A stretch of DNA of 64,000 nucleotides, taken from an uncultured Chloroflexia bacterium. Lineage in GTDB: Bacteria > Chloroflexota > Anaerolineae > JAAYZQ01. Location of the stretch: positions 228,715-292,714 of the forward strand of contig CAVOXA010000015.1 of NCBI GenBank assembly GCA_963700285.1, written 5' to 3'. The position numbers and the translations under genes were made by a program. Shown piece by piece: positions 38,523-49,929 of the stretch (the first letter of the stretch is position 1; every line of letters begins with the position of its first letter). The notes under the pieces were generated by a model. The model did no database searches, was not told where the DNA came from, and worked only from the letters and a program-made list of their open reading frames with translations.

Positions 38523-39545
38523 TCAGTATCCCTTCCCCGGGTTACAGATGTATTGAAGGGGCTCCCCCGCGACGTACCGTTTCAAATTCTCGCAAAAGAT
38601 AGCCACCATCCTGTCCCCGATGAAGGGGGATGAATGGCTGTCATGGGGGACGATAAACACATTATCCATATCCCACAGTACGTGGTCCGCTGGCAAAGGC
38701 TCCTCTGTGAAGGCATCCAGGTAGGCGCCGGCGATCCACCGCTCCTGAAGCGCCGCGATCAGGGCCTGCTCTTGGACCACCTGCCCTCTGCCGATGTTGA
38801 TCAGGTAGGACGACGGCTTCATGGCTTTGAACGCCTTTTCGCCCAAAAGAGCCTCAGTCTCAGCCGTATGGGGCACGGCAAGGACCACATAGTCGGCTTG
38901 GGGCATCCGCTGGCAGAGTTCGTCGACAGAAAAGACGACATCCACGTTCTCAACAGGCGCAACATGGCGCTTGGTGCCAATGACCTCCATGTCAAAGGCT
39001 TTGCAGAGCTGGGCCACCTTTTTGCCGATGTGGCCCAAGCCGACGATGAGCACGGTTCTCCCGAACAACTCGTCATTCTTGAGCTGGTTCCAGTGGTGAG
39101 CCTTCTGATCGATCCGCCGTGTACCAAGGCCCTTGGCATGTTCCAGCATGGCGGCCATGACGCTTTCGGCGATGGGTTGGGTATGCAGCCCCACGGCGTT
39201 GGTGAGGGTCACCGTGCCGTTCAGGATCTGGGGGGTGATATTGTCCCTGAAGCCGGTGCTGCAGATCTGCACCCAGCGGAGACTGGGCGTAAAGAACGCC
39301 TGGTAATCCTCCCAGTCCAGCTCTCCCTCGTAATGGATACGATTGCCCCCCTCGGCCAGGAGCACCTCTATGCCTTCCACTTGACTCACCCTGTGGGCAG
39401 GGATCTCGACGAGGTCGATAGCCGGCGAGATGGCACAGATCTGTTTCCTGTGTTTCTCTTGAAGCCAGTTGCCGTCCACTCGGGGATAGTGGTAGCCCCG
39501 CGGGATTCCGCTCACTGACACCCTGATCGTTCCTCCACCTTTCAT
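38523..39545 (-). CDS. D-2-hydroxyacid dehydrogenase family protein
   Basis: IAESVMAAML, IVGLGHIG, LINIGRGQVV, LDAFTEEPLP, VPHDS. Confidence 0.88.
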   Translation of the reverse strand: MKGGGTIRVSVSGIPRGYHYPRVDGNWLQEKHRKQICAISPAIDLVEIPAHRVSQVEGIEVLLAEGGNRIHYEGELDWEDYQAFFTPSLRWVQICSTGFRDNITPQILNGTVTLTNAVGLHTQPIAESVMAAMLEHAKGLGTRRIDQKAHHWNQLKNDELFGRTVLIVGLGHIGKKVAQLCKAFDMEVIGTKRHVAPVENVDVVFSVDELCQRMPQADYVVLAVPHTAETEALLGEKAFKAMKPSSYLINIGRGQVVQEQALIAALQERWIAGAYLDAFTEEPLPADHVLWDMDNVFIVPHDSHSSPFIGDRMVAIFCENLKRYVAGEPLQYICNPGKGY

Positions 39546-39856
39546 GCTATCTGCTGGCTCCTTTCTATCACAGATCCGACCCAGCCTGTCTGGCGATTCC
39601 TGCGAACATCCGTGGTCCATGATACCACAGACGATCCAGAACTCAAACCACCAAGATTGACGAGCGCCGCTGGCCCCGTTTCAACAACCGTTGTGGCAGC
39701 CGGGTCTACATCACGGGCTATCCCTTCAGCCGCAGTGGTTTGCAGTAGAAACACCGAAAGGGCTCCAGCCCTGTACGTGGGCTGGAGCCTTTTCGGTTGG
39801 ATCTGAGGGAAGACTGCTTACGCCTTCTGCAGGCCAGGCTGTACTTGCTGTCTTTG

Positions 39857-40430
39857 CTACGAACAAAACTTGCCGGCACGGTAGGCGTTGGAGTATTGCT
39901 GGGCAAAGCGGTCCCGGCCCAACACTAGATCAGTAGCTAGCAGGGCGGTCCTCATCTCCCGATCCAGCGGATCCAAGATGGCGCAGTCCAGCCCGGCCGC
40001 CAGGGCCAGCGTCAGAAACGCCTGGCTGATCCGCGTCCGGGCCGGCAGACCAAAGGAGATATTGCTCAGGCCGCAGGTCAAGTGTGTTTCCGGCAACCAG
40101 CGGCAAGATCCCCTCGAGCCGCTCTGCTTCGCCGTTGATGGAATTGATCATGGAAGTCCGCTCCACCACCTCGATGGCAGCCATCAGCGCCTGCGGATTG
40201 GCGCTGTCCAGGCAGAGAGGTAGGTCCACCACATCCTGGACGGCACGAACCAGCCATACCAGGTCCTCCGGCTCGTCCTGGGGCTTGGCCCCTGCGTTCA
40301 CATCCAGGTAGGCCGAGCCAGCTTCCGCCTGTCGCTGAGCCAGATCCTGGATGAACGCTGCACCACGTTCAACGACCTCCCGGGCCACCCGCTTGCGAGT
40401 TCCGTTGATCTTTTCGCTAATGACTTTCAT
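39857..40430 (-). pseudogene. Methyltetrahydrofolate:corrinoid methyltransferase (AcsE/MT2-type) with internal deletion
   Basis: SEKINGTRK, YLDVNAG, LCLDS, MINSINGE joined out of frame at about 40093 directly to CGLSNISFGLPAR..GLDCAILDP; the central part of the family fold appears to be missing. Confidence 0.8.
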
Positions 40431-40494
40431 ATTACGTCCCCAGGATAAAGGACTGGCATTCCAAAGAAGGAATGCCAGTCCTGCTTGGAGTCGC

Positions 40495-41625
40495 CTAACG
40501 GAGCGTCCCAAACTCTCGCCCAGCAGCGATCAAGGCCTCCATATTCTCCGGCATGGTGTTGATGGGAGCATCGCAGCCGGGGCAGAGCAGGAGACCTTCT
40601 GGTCCAACATCGCGCACCAGATCCCGCACATAGCTATAGATGTCATCGGGGGTACCGGCCGCAAACAGCGAGGCCGGTACATCGCCCAGGATGGCCATGT
40701 GGCCGTCCAGGGGTTCCTTGGCCTTACGAACGTCGATCATGCCATCGGGGTTGAGCAGGCACATCTTGGCCGGCAATTCTTTCAGCCGGCCAAGGTCCCG
40801 GGTCCAATCCTGATCCCAACGCAGGATGGAGACTATCCCCTCGGCGGCCAAGGCATGGACGATCTGCTGGTAGTAGGGAAAGACCATTTTGTCCCAGATC
40901 TTGGGGGCCACGAGCCCGCTGGCCGCCCGCCATCCACCTACCCAGGCCCCAAGGGAGTCGGACAATCGTGCCTGGCCGATCCCGGCGCCGATGGCCTCGG
41001 GCAAGATGACGTCCATGGCTGCCTTGACGCGGTCCGGCATGCGGTATAGGTCCAAATAGAAGGCAGACATCGAGCGCCAACCGCAGAGATATGCACAGGG
41101 GATGGTGGTGATACCACCGCTGAGGACCACATAGCCACTGTCGCGGAACCTGCCAGCCATTGCCGGCGTATTCTGCATGTTCCAGGCCATGGCCGCCTGG
41201 AACTCGTCCATATCCATCACCTTGGGCAAGTGCTTGCCCAGGAAGGCCTGCCAGCCGTTCTCGACGATGAAATCATAGTCGTCGGGCGTCATGGCCTCCT
41301 TTTCCTGCACCTGCCACAGCGAGCCTTCTGGCAGCTCGCGGCCGGGGATATTGGCGTGGGAGAGCCAGATCGAGGTAAGGCCGATATGGATACGGGCTTG
41401 AGCCAAGCCGTTGACACCGTCAATTTCACCTAGTCGGTCGAGTGTCGCCAGCGTGACGTCCACCGCGCCTTGCTCGTCGGTGCAGAACTGCGATATGGGC
41501 ATACCCATGTAGCGCGGCGCAAAGCCAACCCCGATATATATGATGGGAATCTAGTCGACGGGCTCATAGTTGATCGCCTTCTGTACACGGTCCAGCCGAT
41601 CTTGGTACAGCGCTTGCTTGTCCAT
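40495..41625 (-). pseudogene. Uroporphyrinogen-decarboxylase-family (MT1-like) methyltransferase with in-frame TAG
   Basis: MDKQALYQDRLDRVQKAINYEPVD-TAG(41551-41553)-IPIIYIG in frame with the 337-aa ORF ending GDVPASLF..GTPDDI..PGC..PENMEALI. Confidence 0.75.
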
Positions 41626-41626
41626 C

Positions 41627-42187
41627 CTACGCCTCCATCCACTGTGAAGCCTGGCTGATTGCGGCCTGGGCGCTGTTCCCCCAGGCATTAGCACCGGTGT
41701 ACCTGCAGACCGTCTCGTCCACCGGCCCGCCGCCAACCATGATCTTGACATCAGGCCGCAAGCCAGCTTCCTCGATGGCGTCCACCGTCTCTTTCATGGT
41801 ATCAAAGGCGATGGCCAACAAACCGGACAGAGCCAGCACCTTGGCGCCCGTCTCCGTCAGTTTGTCCACAAAGGCCGACGGCGCCACATCTATACCCATG
41901 TCGTGCACATCGAAACCGCTCGCCCGCAGCATGCCCACGACCAGATCTTTGCCGATGTCGTGAATATCGCCCTTGACGGTACCAATCACCACATCGCCCA
42001 TGGTTTCTGTAGTCACACCAACCATGGCCGGCTGCAGGATCGCCGACGCGCCCTTAAAGATCTCGGCAGCCATCATCAGATCCGACACGAAATACTCGCC
42101 GGCCTCATAGCGCTCGCCTACCACAACCATGCCCTGGCGGCAGGCCTCAAAGATCTCTAATGGCTCCGCGCCATCGTCGAGCGCCCG
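41627..42187 (-). pseudogene. Corrinoid (B12-binding) protein, apparently 5'-truncated
   Basis: RALDDGAEPLEIFEACRQGM..GERYE..GTVKGDIHDIGKDLV, LSGLL, VGGGP; no in-frame start before an upstream stop. Confidence 0.75.
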
Positions 42188-42580
42188 CCGTCGGCGCGGA
42201 CTTTTGGGCCATCGACGCCATGGTCGGTGTCAACCTCTGCAAGCAGATCATCGCGGGCCAGGATCAGGCCACTTAAGCCCTTGCTTCCTGCCCAAGTTTC
42301 GCACAACATGGCGGACACCGGCCAAGACCACAAAGACACACATAACCACCCAGCCCAGATGTGTGAACCTCGAACAGATAAACCTCACGACCCAATAGCA
42401 GATGCCCGAGCCGCTTCTTCAGTCAGATGGCAGTCAGGAATGCGTCATGCGTAGCCTTTCAGAGTCGCGTATACTGTGAGCAGAATGCAGCACATGGGTA
42501 GTTGAAGCTTTGTGGTGATGGTGATATAATGGGTGCAAGGCTGTGCTGGTAATGAGAACTGGCGAGAACTAGGAGGGCCC

Positions 42581-43299
42581 ATGCTTGAATCGAACCTAAG
42601 TACGCTCAACTGTGTCTACTTTGCCCTGTTCTTTGTCGGCGTCGGTTACGCGCTCTTTGTCGTCCTCACCGGCGGCCTGTCGGACATTGACATGCCCGAC
42701 GTGGACATTGACATCCCCCAGATCGACCTGCCAGGCGACGTGGACATCCCCGGCGCAGATATCCACATCGGGGCGGGAGATGTAGCGGCCGGGGGCATAG
42801 ATGCCCCGGACGTGTCGGTGTCGCCCCTCAGCCCCATCACCATCGCCACCTTTATCACGACCTTTGGCGGCGTTGGCGTGCTGTGCCTCCAGCTCTTCGA
42901 GGTCAGTCCCCGCCATGAGCCTGGTCTGGTCAGTGGCCGCGGGGCTTGGTGCAGCCGGGGCTCATGTACCTGTTCTACAGCCAGTTCCTCATCCGCTCCC
43001 AGGGATCCAGCGAGCTGCGCCGGGGCGAACTCGTCGGATAGCAGGCCGAGGTGACGGTGCCCATCGGCGAGAACACCACGGGCCAGGTGACCTATCTGAC
43101 CAAGTCAGGACGGATGAGCTCCATGGCCCGCTCCGCCGATGGCAAGCCGATCCCCCGCGGGCAGTTTGTCCAGATCGTGCGCACCATCGGCCCCCAGGTG
43201 TTGGTAACTGCCCTGTCGCCCGACGCAGGGGAGTCGGACGAGCCGAAGCCTAGTGCTTTGAGGCAACCGGGAAATGTCCCGGAAGACTTGGAAATCTGA
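42581..43299 (+). CDS. NfeD-like/YqiJ membrane partner of flotillin (frameshifted)
   Basis: TM segments flanking an acidic DIDIP-rich loop, SPLSPITIATFITTFGGVG, C-terminal OB-like VTVPI..GQV..ARS..IPRG; directly upstream of flotillin. Confidence 0.75.
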
Positions 43300-43335
43300 A
43301 GCAGATCGTGATTCCGAAAGGAGTGTGAAGAGAGA

Positions 43336-44823
43336 ATGTGGCAGGCGATCCTAGTTGCAGTTGGCATTCTGTTTGTGATGTTTGTCACGGCTGGATTCTA
43401 TGCCAGCCGCTACAAGAAGGTCGGCCCCAACCAGGTGCTGGTCATCTCTGGCCGGCGGCGGGAGATGGTCAACCCCGATGACCGGCCAGAAGGAACGGGT
43501 CGGCTTCCGGGTGGTCAAGGGCGGCGGCACCTTTATCGTCCCCGTCCTGGAGCGGGTCGACATCCTCTCGATGGAGATCCTGACCATCGAGGTCGAGGTC
43601 CGCAGCGTCTACACCATCGAGGGCGTGCCGGTCCACGTCGACGGCGTGGCCCAGATCAAGATCCGGGGCGAGGACGTTTCCATCTATACCGCCGCCGAGC
43701 AGTTCCTGTCCAAGGGACCGGATGGCATCGTCTACGTCGCCCACGAGACGCTGGCCGGCCACCTGCGCGCCATCCTGGGCATGCTGACCGTCGAAGAGAT
43801 CTACAGGGACCGGGACGCCTTTGCCCAGAAGGTGCTGGAGGTCTCGGGCGGCGACCTGGCCAACATGGGCCTGGAGATCGTGTCCTTTGTCATCAAGGAC
43901 ATCCGCGACGACAAGGAGTACCTGGAGTCGTTGGGCCGCACCCGCACCGCCGAGGTCAAGCGCGACGCCGTCAAGGGCGAGGCCGAGGCCCAGCGTGACG
44001 CGACCATCGCCCAGGCCAACGCCGCCCGCGACGCGACCATCCAGTCGGCCGAGGCCCGGCAGGAGGGCGAGACGGCCAAGTACGAGGCCGAGACCAAGAT
44101 CGCCGAGGCGCAGAAAGAACTATCGCGTCCAGAAGGCCCAGTATGACGAAGCCTCCAACCGCAGCGAGGTCCAGGCTGAGCTGGCCCGCACCCTCCAGGA
44201 AAAGATCACCAACCAGGAGATCATGGCCCAGGAGGTGCAGATCGAGGTCGTCGCCAAGCAAAAGCAGATCGAGGTCCAGGAGCAGGAGGTCCAGCGCAGG
44301 GCCCAGGAGCTGGAGGCCACCGTCGAAAAGCCGGCCGAGGCGGAACGGTTCCGCATCGAGACGCTGGCCAACGCCAAAAAGTTCCAGACCGAGACCGAGG
44401 CCGCAGGCGAGGCGGCGGCCACCCGCCTGCAAGGCGAAGGTGAGGCCGACGCCACCAAGGCCAGGGGTCTGGCCGAGGCCGAGGTGATCCAGGCCCAGGG
44501 CTTTGCCGAGGCCGAGGCCATGGAGAAAAAGGCCGAAGCCTGGCAAAAGTACAACCAGGCGGCCATCATCCAGCAGCTCATCGAGGCCCTGCCCCAGGTG
44601 GCCGCCGCCGTCGCCCAGCCGCTGGCCCAGACCGACCGCATCGTCGTCATCAACAGCGGCGGCGATGGCGCCGGCGCCTCCAAGATCACGGCCGACGTGA
44701 CCAACATCGTCGCCCAGGTACCCGAGACCCTGGAGGCGCTGACCGGCATCAACCTGATGGACGCGCTCAAGATCGCTGCCCGGCATCGGCCAGTCGGTGG
44801 AAGGAGAGCCGACGGAAGAATGA
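43336..44823 (+). CDS. Flotillin/SPFH protein (frameshifted)
   Basis: RYKKVGPNQVLVISG, GGGTFIVPVLE, VYTIEGVPV, AAEQFL, GHLRAILGMLTVEEIY, AEA-rich coiled coil; end approximate. Confidence 0.9.
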
Positions 44824-44891
44824 GTATCCAGCCGATGAGTCTGGCAGCACAGGGCTTGTGCATGCCACTAGGCTCTGTTTTCCCGAGACCC

Positions 44892-44920
44892 TTGACAAAA
44901 TCGGACCTCAGTGGTACAAT
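44892..44920 (+). promoter_or_regulatory. Upstream sigma70 promoter of the nuoB module
   Basis: TTGACA-N17-TACAAT. Confidence 0.65.
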
Positions 44921-45018
44921 CTCAGGAGACCATGGGGACGAGCCGCTGGTGTTGCGCTCGCGTTGCCCAGCGGTTTGGATCTGACAGGCCGGAGCACTGG
45001 GGAAAACGCTCCCGGTAA

Positions 45019-45047
45019 TTGACAAAAAAGGCACAAACGGCTATAAT
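45019..45047 (+). promoter_or_regulatory. Consensus sigma70 promoter of the nuoB module
   Basis: TTGACA-N17-TATAAT, perfect consensus. Confidence 0.8.
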
Positions 45048-45170
45048 GAGGTGCGCTATCGTATCGCATGTCTGGCAAAGAGCAGCCAGGTTTTCGGGCT
45101 TGGTAGGAGTACCGCACAAAAGCTGGCTATGGCTTGGACATGCGCACTTCGCTCAAAGGAGAGTGGCAGC

Positions 45171-45850
45171 ATGAGTGACGAGATCACAGGTGCCCGACGA
45201 GCTAAAGGGCAATGTCTTTATCACCAAGTTGAGCCAGGTCTACGGCTGGGGCCGCAAGTACTCGCTGTGGCCGATGTTCTTTGGCGTGGCTTGCTGTGCC
45301 ATCGAGTTCATGGCCGCATCGGCTTCTCGCTTTGATACCGGTCGCTGGGGTATGGACCTGGCTCGCGCCTCACCCCGCCAGGCTGACCTGCTCATCGTTT
45401 CTGGCACAGTCACCAAAAAGATGGTCCCCAAGATCGTGACCCTCTACAACCAGATGGCCGAGCCCAAGTATGTCATCTCGATGGGCGCCTGCGCCACCGG
45501 CGGCGGGCCGTTCAAGGAGGGCTACAACGTCGTCTCGGGCATCGACCAGTTCCTGCCGGTGGACGTCTATGTGCCCGGCTGCCCGCCCACCCCGGAAGGC
45601 GCTCATCACCGGCCTATATGGCCGTCCACGACAAGATCCAGAACGAACAGATCAACGAGGTGCGCTGGTACCGCAAGGACGCCATCCCCGAGGTGCCTGT
45701 GCCCGTTCTTGGGTGGGCCAGACCTGATCGACCCGCGCCAGATCCCCGAGATCAGCGCGGCGGCGCACGAGACAGGTACGCGAGCATGGCGCCGACGACC
45801 ATGGCGAGCCAGCCTGGAGAGCAGAGGCCGCCTGACCATACGACTCAAGG
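45171..45850 (+). CDS. nuoB: NADH-quinone oxidoreductase subunit B (frameshifted; end approximate)
   Basis: [50 protein letters not shown]. Confidence 0.9.
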
Positions 45851-45859
45851 GAGAGAAGC

Positions 45860-47623
45860 ATGGCATTCGATTTGGGGGCCATAGAAGCCCAGTTGAACGA
45901 AACATTTCCAGGGCGCAGGATTCCTGGGCGGTAGGACCGCGATGGGGATTGGCTGGTGCTGGACTGCCGACCAACTCCCGGCGGTGGCGACCCATCTGCG
46001 CGACGAGATGGGCTTTGACTATCTCACCCACCTCTCCGCCTCCGACTATCCAGATCGCATTGAGGTGGTCTACAACCTGTATTCGACCCAGCCGGACCAG
46101 CTGGGGCCCGGATCTGCCCCTCAAGGTACGCATCCCCGACAGGGCAGACTCCCCAGCGTGCCGAGCCTGACGCCCGTCTGCCCGAGCGCCAACTTTCAGG
46201 AGCGGGAAGTCTGGGACATGTTTGGCGTCCGCTTTGACGGCCACCCGAACCTGAAGCGCATCCTGCTGTGGGAGGGGTTCGAGGGCCATCCACTGCGCAA
46301 GGATTGGCACGAGCCCTACTACGAGGAGGACCAGAAGCCGTTCAAGAGCCGCTGGCCCAACCCCGAGACGCCCACGCCCCGCTCGGCCGAGGAGCGGGTC
46401 CGCTGGCGGGCCAACGTCCAGTACCCGCAAGGGCTTTGATCCCGACCCGGAGCAGTGGGCAGCCCGTGCCCGAGGTCGACGTGACTGACCGGGTCAGACA
46501 AGATCGACGTCAACGGCCTGGAAACCGACCGGATCCTGCTCAACATCGGCCCCCAGCACCCCAGCACCCACGGCGTATTCCGCATGGTCGTGGGCTTGCA
46601 GGGCGAGACGGTGACCAGTGTCTACCCGGTCGTCGGCCACCTGCACCGCAACCACGAAAAGATCGGCGAGCGGAACCTGTGGACCGGCAACATCCCCTAC
46701 ACCGACCGCCTGGACTATATCTCGCCCATGTACAACGACTTTGGCTACGTGGTGGCGGTGGAAAAGATGATGGGCCAGGAGGTGCCGGAACGGGCCGAGT
46801 ACCTGCGCGTCATCATGGGCGAGCTGACCCGGGTCAGTCAACCACCTGCTGGCCATCGGCTTTTTGTTCAACGAGCTGGGGGCCATGATGACGCCCATGC
46901 TCTATGGCTTTACCGAGCGGGAGCACGTGCTGGACCTGTTCGAGGAGGCCTCCGGGGCGCGGATGATGGTCAACTACTACCGCTTTGGCGGCGTGGCCCG
47001 CGACGTGAGCGACGACTGGCTCAAGCGATGCCGCAAGGTGGTGGACCGGCTGGCGCGCAAGATCGACGAGTTTGAGACCCTGCTGACCGACAATGAGATC
47101 TTTATCTCCCGCGCCCGGGGCGTGTCGGCCATGACCTGGCAGGAGATGGTCAGCTATGGCGTCACCGGCCCGATGCTCCGCTCGGCAGGGCTCGCCGTAC
47201 GACATCCGCAAGGTGGAACCCTACTCGATCTACGAATCGTTCGACTTTGACGTGCCCGACCCACGAGACGGGCGACCTGTACGACCGCTACCGGCAGCGC
47301 ATCGCCGAGGCGCGGGAGAGCGTCAAGATCCTGCAACAGGCCCTGGACCGCATCCCGGCCAACGGCTCGATCCAGGCTGGCAAAAAGCCGTGGAACCCCA
47401 AGGTGCCGGCCGGCGAGGTCTACAGCCGGGTGGAGCACCCCAAGGGTGAGCTGGGCTTTTACCTGGTCAGCGATGGGGGGACCAATCCCTACCGCTACCA
47501 CGTGCGCTCGCCCTGTTTCGTCAACCTGGGGGCGCTGGAGGCCATGTCGGTGGGCACCTGCTGGCCGACGCCATCGTCATCCTGGGCAGCATCGACACCA
47601 CGATGGGGGAGGTGGACCGCTAA
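45860..47623 (+). CDS. nuoCD: Probable fused NuoC/NuoD (frameshifted)
   Basis: [30 protein letters not shown]; [35 protein letters not shown]; no NiFe-binding CxxC. Confidence 0.85.
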
Positions 47624-48569
47624 TGTTTGGACTGGGAATGCTCAAAGGCCTGAGCGTCACCATGCGCCACTTTATCGAGTCGTACATCTACGACCGCAAG
47701 CCGTGGGAGCCCCGCTACAACGAGGAATGGCTGGAAAAGCACCAGGCCATCGACGGCAAGGGGCTGTTCACCATCCAGTACCCGGAGCAGAAGCGCAAGA
47801 TCACCGAGAACTTTCGCTTCATCCCCATGCTGGTCTACGAGGAGACGACCGACGATCCGCGCTGCACAGCCTGCGGCATCTGCGCCCGGGTCTGCCCGCC
47901 CCAGTGCATCTGGATCCAGCGAGCCACCGACGACAAGGGCCGGCCCAAGGCCCAGCCTGCCGGCTTTTGGATCGATGCCACCATCTGCATGTCCTGCGGC
48001 TTCTGCGCCGAGTTCTGCCCCTTTGACGCCATCAAGATGAACCAGGAGCACGAGATGCCGTACACCGACCGCGACCAGGGACATGTTCTACGATCTGGAA
48101 AAGCTGCTGGTCCCCGTCGAGTACTATGCCGAGCTGCATCCCAGCGACTATGCGCGCGAGGAGGCAGCTCGCCGGGCCAAGGAGGAGGCCAAGCGGCAGG
48201 CTGCAGAAGAGAGGGCAGAGGCTGCAGCGGCCAAAAAGCAGAGGCCGCGAAAGAGGCAGCGGCCGCAGAAGCGGCGGCGGCAGCCGAAGTGCGACAGCTG
48301 AACCTTCCGAGCCGGACGATCTGACGCGCATCGAAGGGATCGGCCCCAAGATCTCCGGCGTGCTCCAGGCCGCTGGCATCAAGACCTTTGCCCAGTTGGC
48401 CGATACCGACGTGGATCGCATCAAGCGAGATCCTGGAGGAAGCCGATCCCAACCTGCTGCAACTGGCCGATCCAACCACCTGGCCCCGGCAGGCCAAGCT
48501 GGCTGCTGCTGGCAAGTGGGACGCCCTGGAGCGTGGCAGGAAAGGCTCAAGGGAGGACAAGGACGCTGA
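47623..48569 (+). CDS. nuoI: NuoI with Ala/Glu/Lys-rich linker and C-terminal HhH (DUF4332-like) domain (frameshifted)
   Basis: TIQYPE, CTACGICARVCP, CMSCGFCAEFCPFDAI; then EAARRAKEEAK.. and PDDLTRIEGIGPKISGVLQAAGIKTFAQLA..TWPRQAKLAAAGKWD. Confidence 0.8.
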
Positions 48570-48609
48570 GCCGGTCTGGCTTTGAGATCCGAGCAGAAGC
48601 AAGGGAGCT

Positions 48610-49547
48610 GACAACGTTCCAGAGCCGCGTCGACCTGCACTAGCCATACCACTGCCTCTGACGGCAGCCTGACGTCCAGAGGAGCTGGTGGCCCGGGCGG
48701 CGAGCCTGGGCATCGAGGTCCTGGCCATCACCGATCACGATACGACCGAGGGGCTGCCGGCGGCCCTGGCCGAGGCGCAGCGGCAGGGCATCACCGTGGT
48801 GCCGGGAGTGGAGATCAGCACCATCAGCGGGCGGGAAGAGATCCACCTGCTGGGCTACTTTGTGGATCTCGACAACGCAGAACTTCAGGCACTGCTGGCT
48901 CGCACCCGAGCAGGCGCGCCGGGATGCGAGCCCAGACAGATGCTGGCCCGCCTGGCCAAGCTTGGGACTGCCCATCGAATGGGATCGGGTGGTCGAGATC
49001 GCCGGGGGACAGCGGTCCATCGGCCGCCCGCACGTGGCAGCGACACTGCTGGAGGCCGGCCACGTGAGCAGCTTCGACGAGGCGTTCGACCTGTGGATTG
49101 GCCGGGACCGCCCGGCCTATGTGGAGCGCTACAAGCTGTCGCCGGAAGAGGCCATCCAGTTGGTGCGACGGAGCGGCGGGCTGCCGGTTCTGGCCCATCC
49201 CTACATCTACACTCGCAGCGGGGAGTGCAAGGCAGGGCTGGACCTGAGACGCTGGCTGCCGCGGCTGCGAGAGGCCGGCCTGGAGGGCATCGAGGTCTAC
49301 TATCCCAACTATCACGCGACGCGCCAACCGCCACTTGCTGGCTTTGGCCCTCCAGCACGGTCTGCTGATCACCGGTGGCAGCGATTTTCACGGCGGCATG
49401 CTGGGCAATGGACTGGGAAGCGTGGCCGTACCCTGGGCAGTATGGGAAGGACTCGAGCGGCGCCACCAGCTCATGCAGGAACATGCCGACGTCACAGGCT
49501 CAAGCCCATGGCAGGCAGCGGCCAGTGCCGCTTCCCTGGCCAGGTGA
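48610..49547 (+). CDS. PHP-domain phosphoesterase (TrpH-like), frameshifted; start approximate
   Basis: VDLH-HTTASDG, AITDHDT, PGVEIS, IHLLGY, GRPHVA, VLAHP, TGGSDFHG. Confidence 0.85.
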
Positions 49548-49551
49548 TCAC

Positions 49552-49929
49552 ATGACATTCAATCCAAGAACAGAGTTGTTGTTCCCGCCGCGCCTGATCC
49601 CCGATCTCAAGGATCTGCGGGGCGAGGAGTGGCGAGAACTGGTCGAATATGTGGCTTCGTTGCCCGAGACCCACCCAGACACGCTGGCCTTCTGCCTGAT
49701 GATGATCCGGCTGAACGCTTGCCTGAACTGCGTGTCGGGCAGCTATCGCTTTATGCGGGGCTGCGAGCTCTGTGCCCAGCAGACGATCGCGCGCTATCAG
49801 GGCACCGACGAGGAGCTTGATCGAGCTGTTCGAGCAGGCCAAGAAGACCTGGACGCAGTAGGCGAGGAGGAGATCGACCTGGTTCCTGATTCCCAGACCC
49901 AGAGATCCTGGAATGACCGAGACTGGTAA
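49552..49929 (+). CDS. Hypothetical Cys-containing protein
   Basis: FNPRTELLFPPRLIP..LAFCLMMIRLNACLNC..RGCELCA; tightly coupled to its neighbours. Confidence 0.65.
   Translation: MTFNPRTELLFPPRLIPDLKDLRGEEWRELVEYVASLPETHPDTLAFCLMMIRLNACLNCVSGSYRFMRGCELCAQQTIARYQGTDEELDRAVRAGQEDLDAVGEEEIDLVPDSQTQRSWNDRDW

Noticed and set aside
41551-41553. In-frame TAG as pyrrolysine
   Set aside because: Wrong methyltransferase family, non-catalytic N-terminal position, both neighbours also broken, and no pyl genes in the window.
45860-47623. Group 4 [NiFe]-hydrogenase large subunit
   Set aside because: Lacks both CxxC Ni-binding motifs; has NuoD-type DRLDY and GEVDR.
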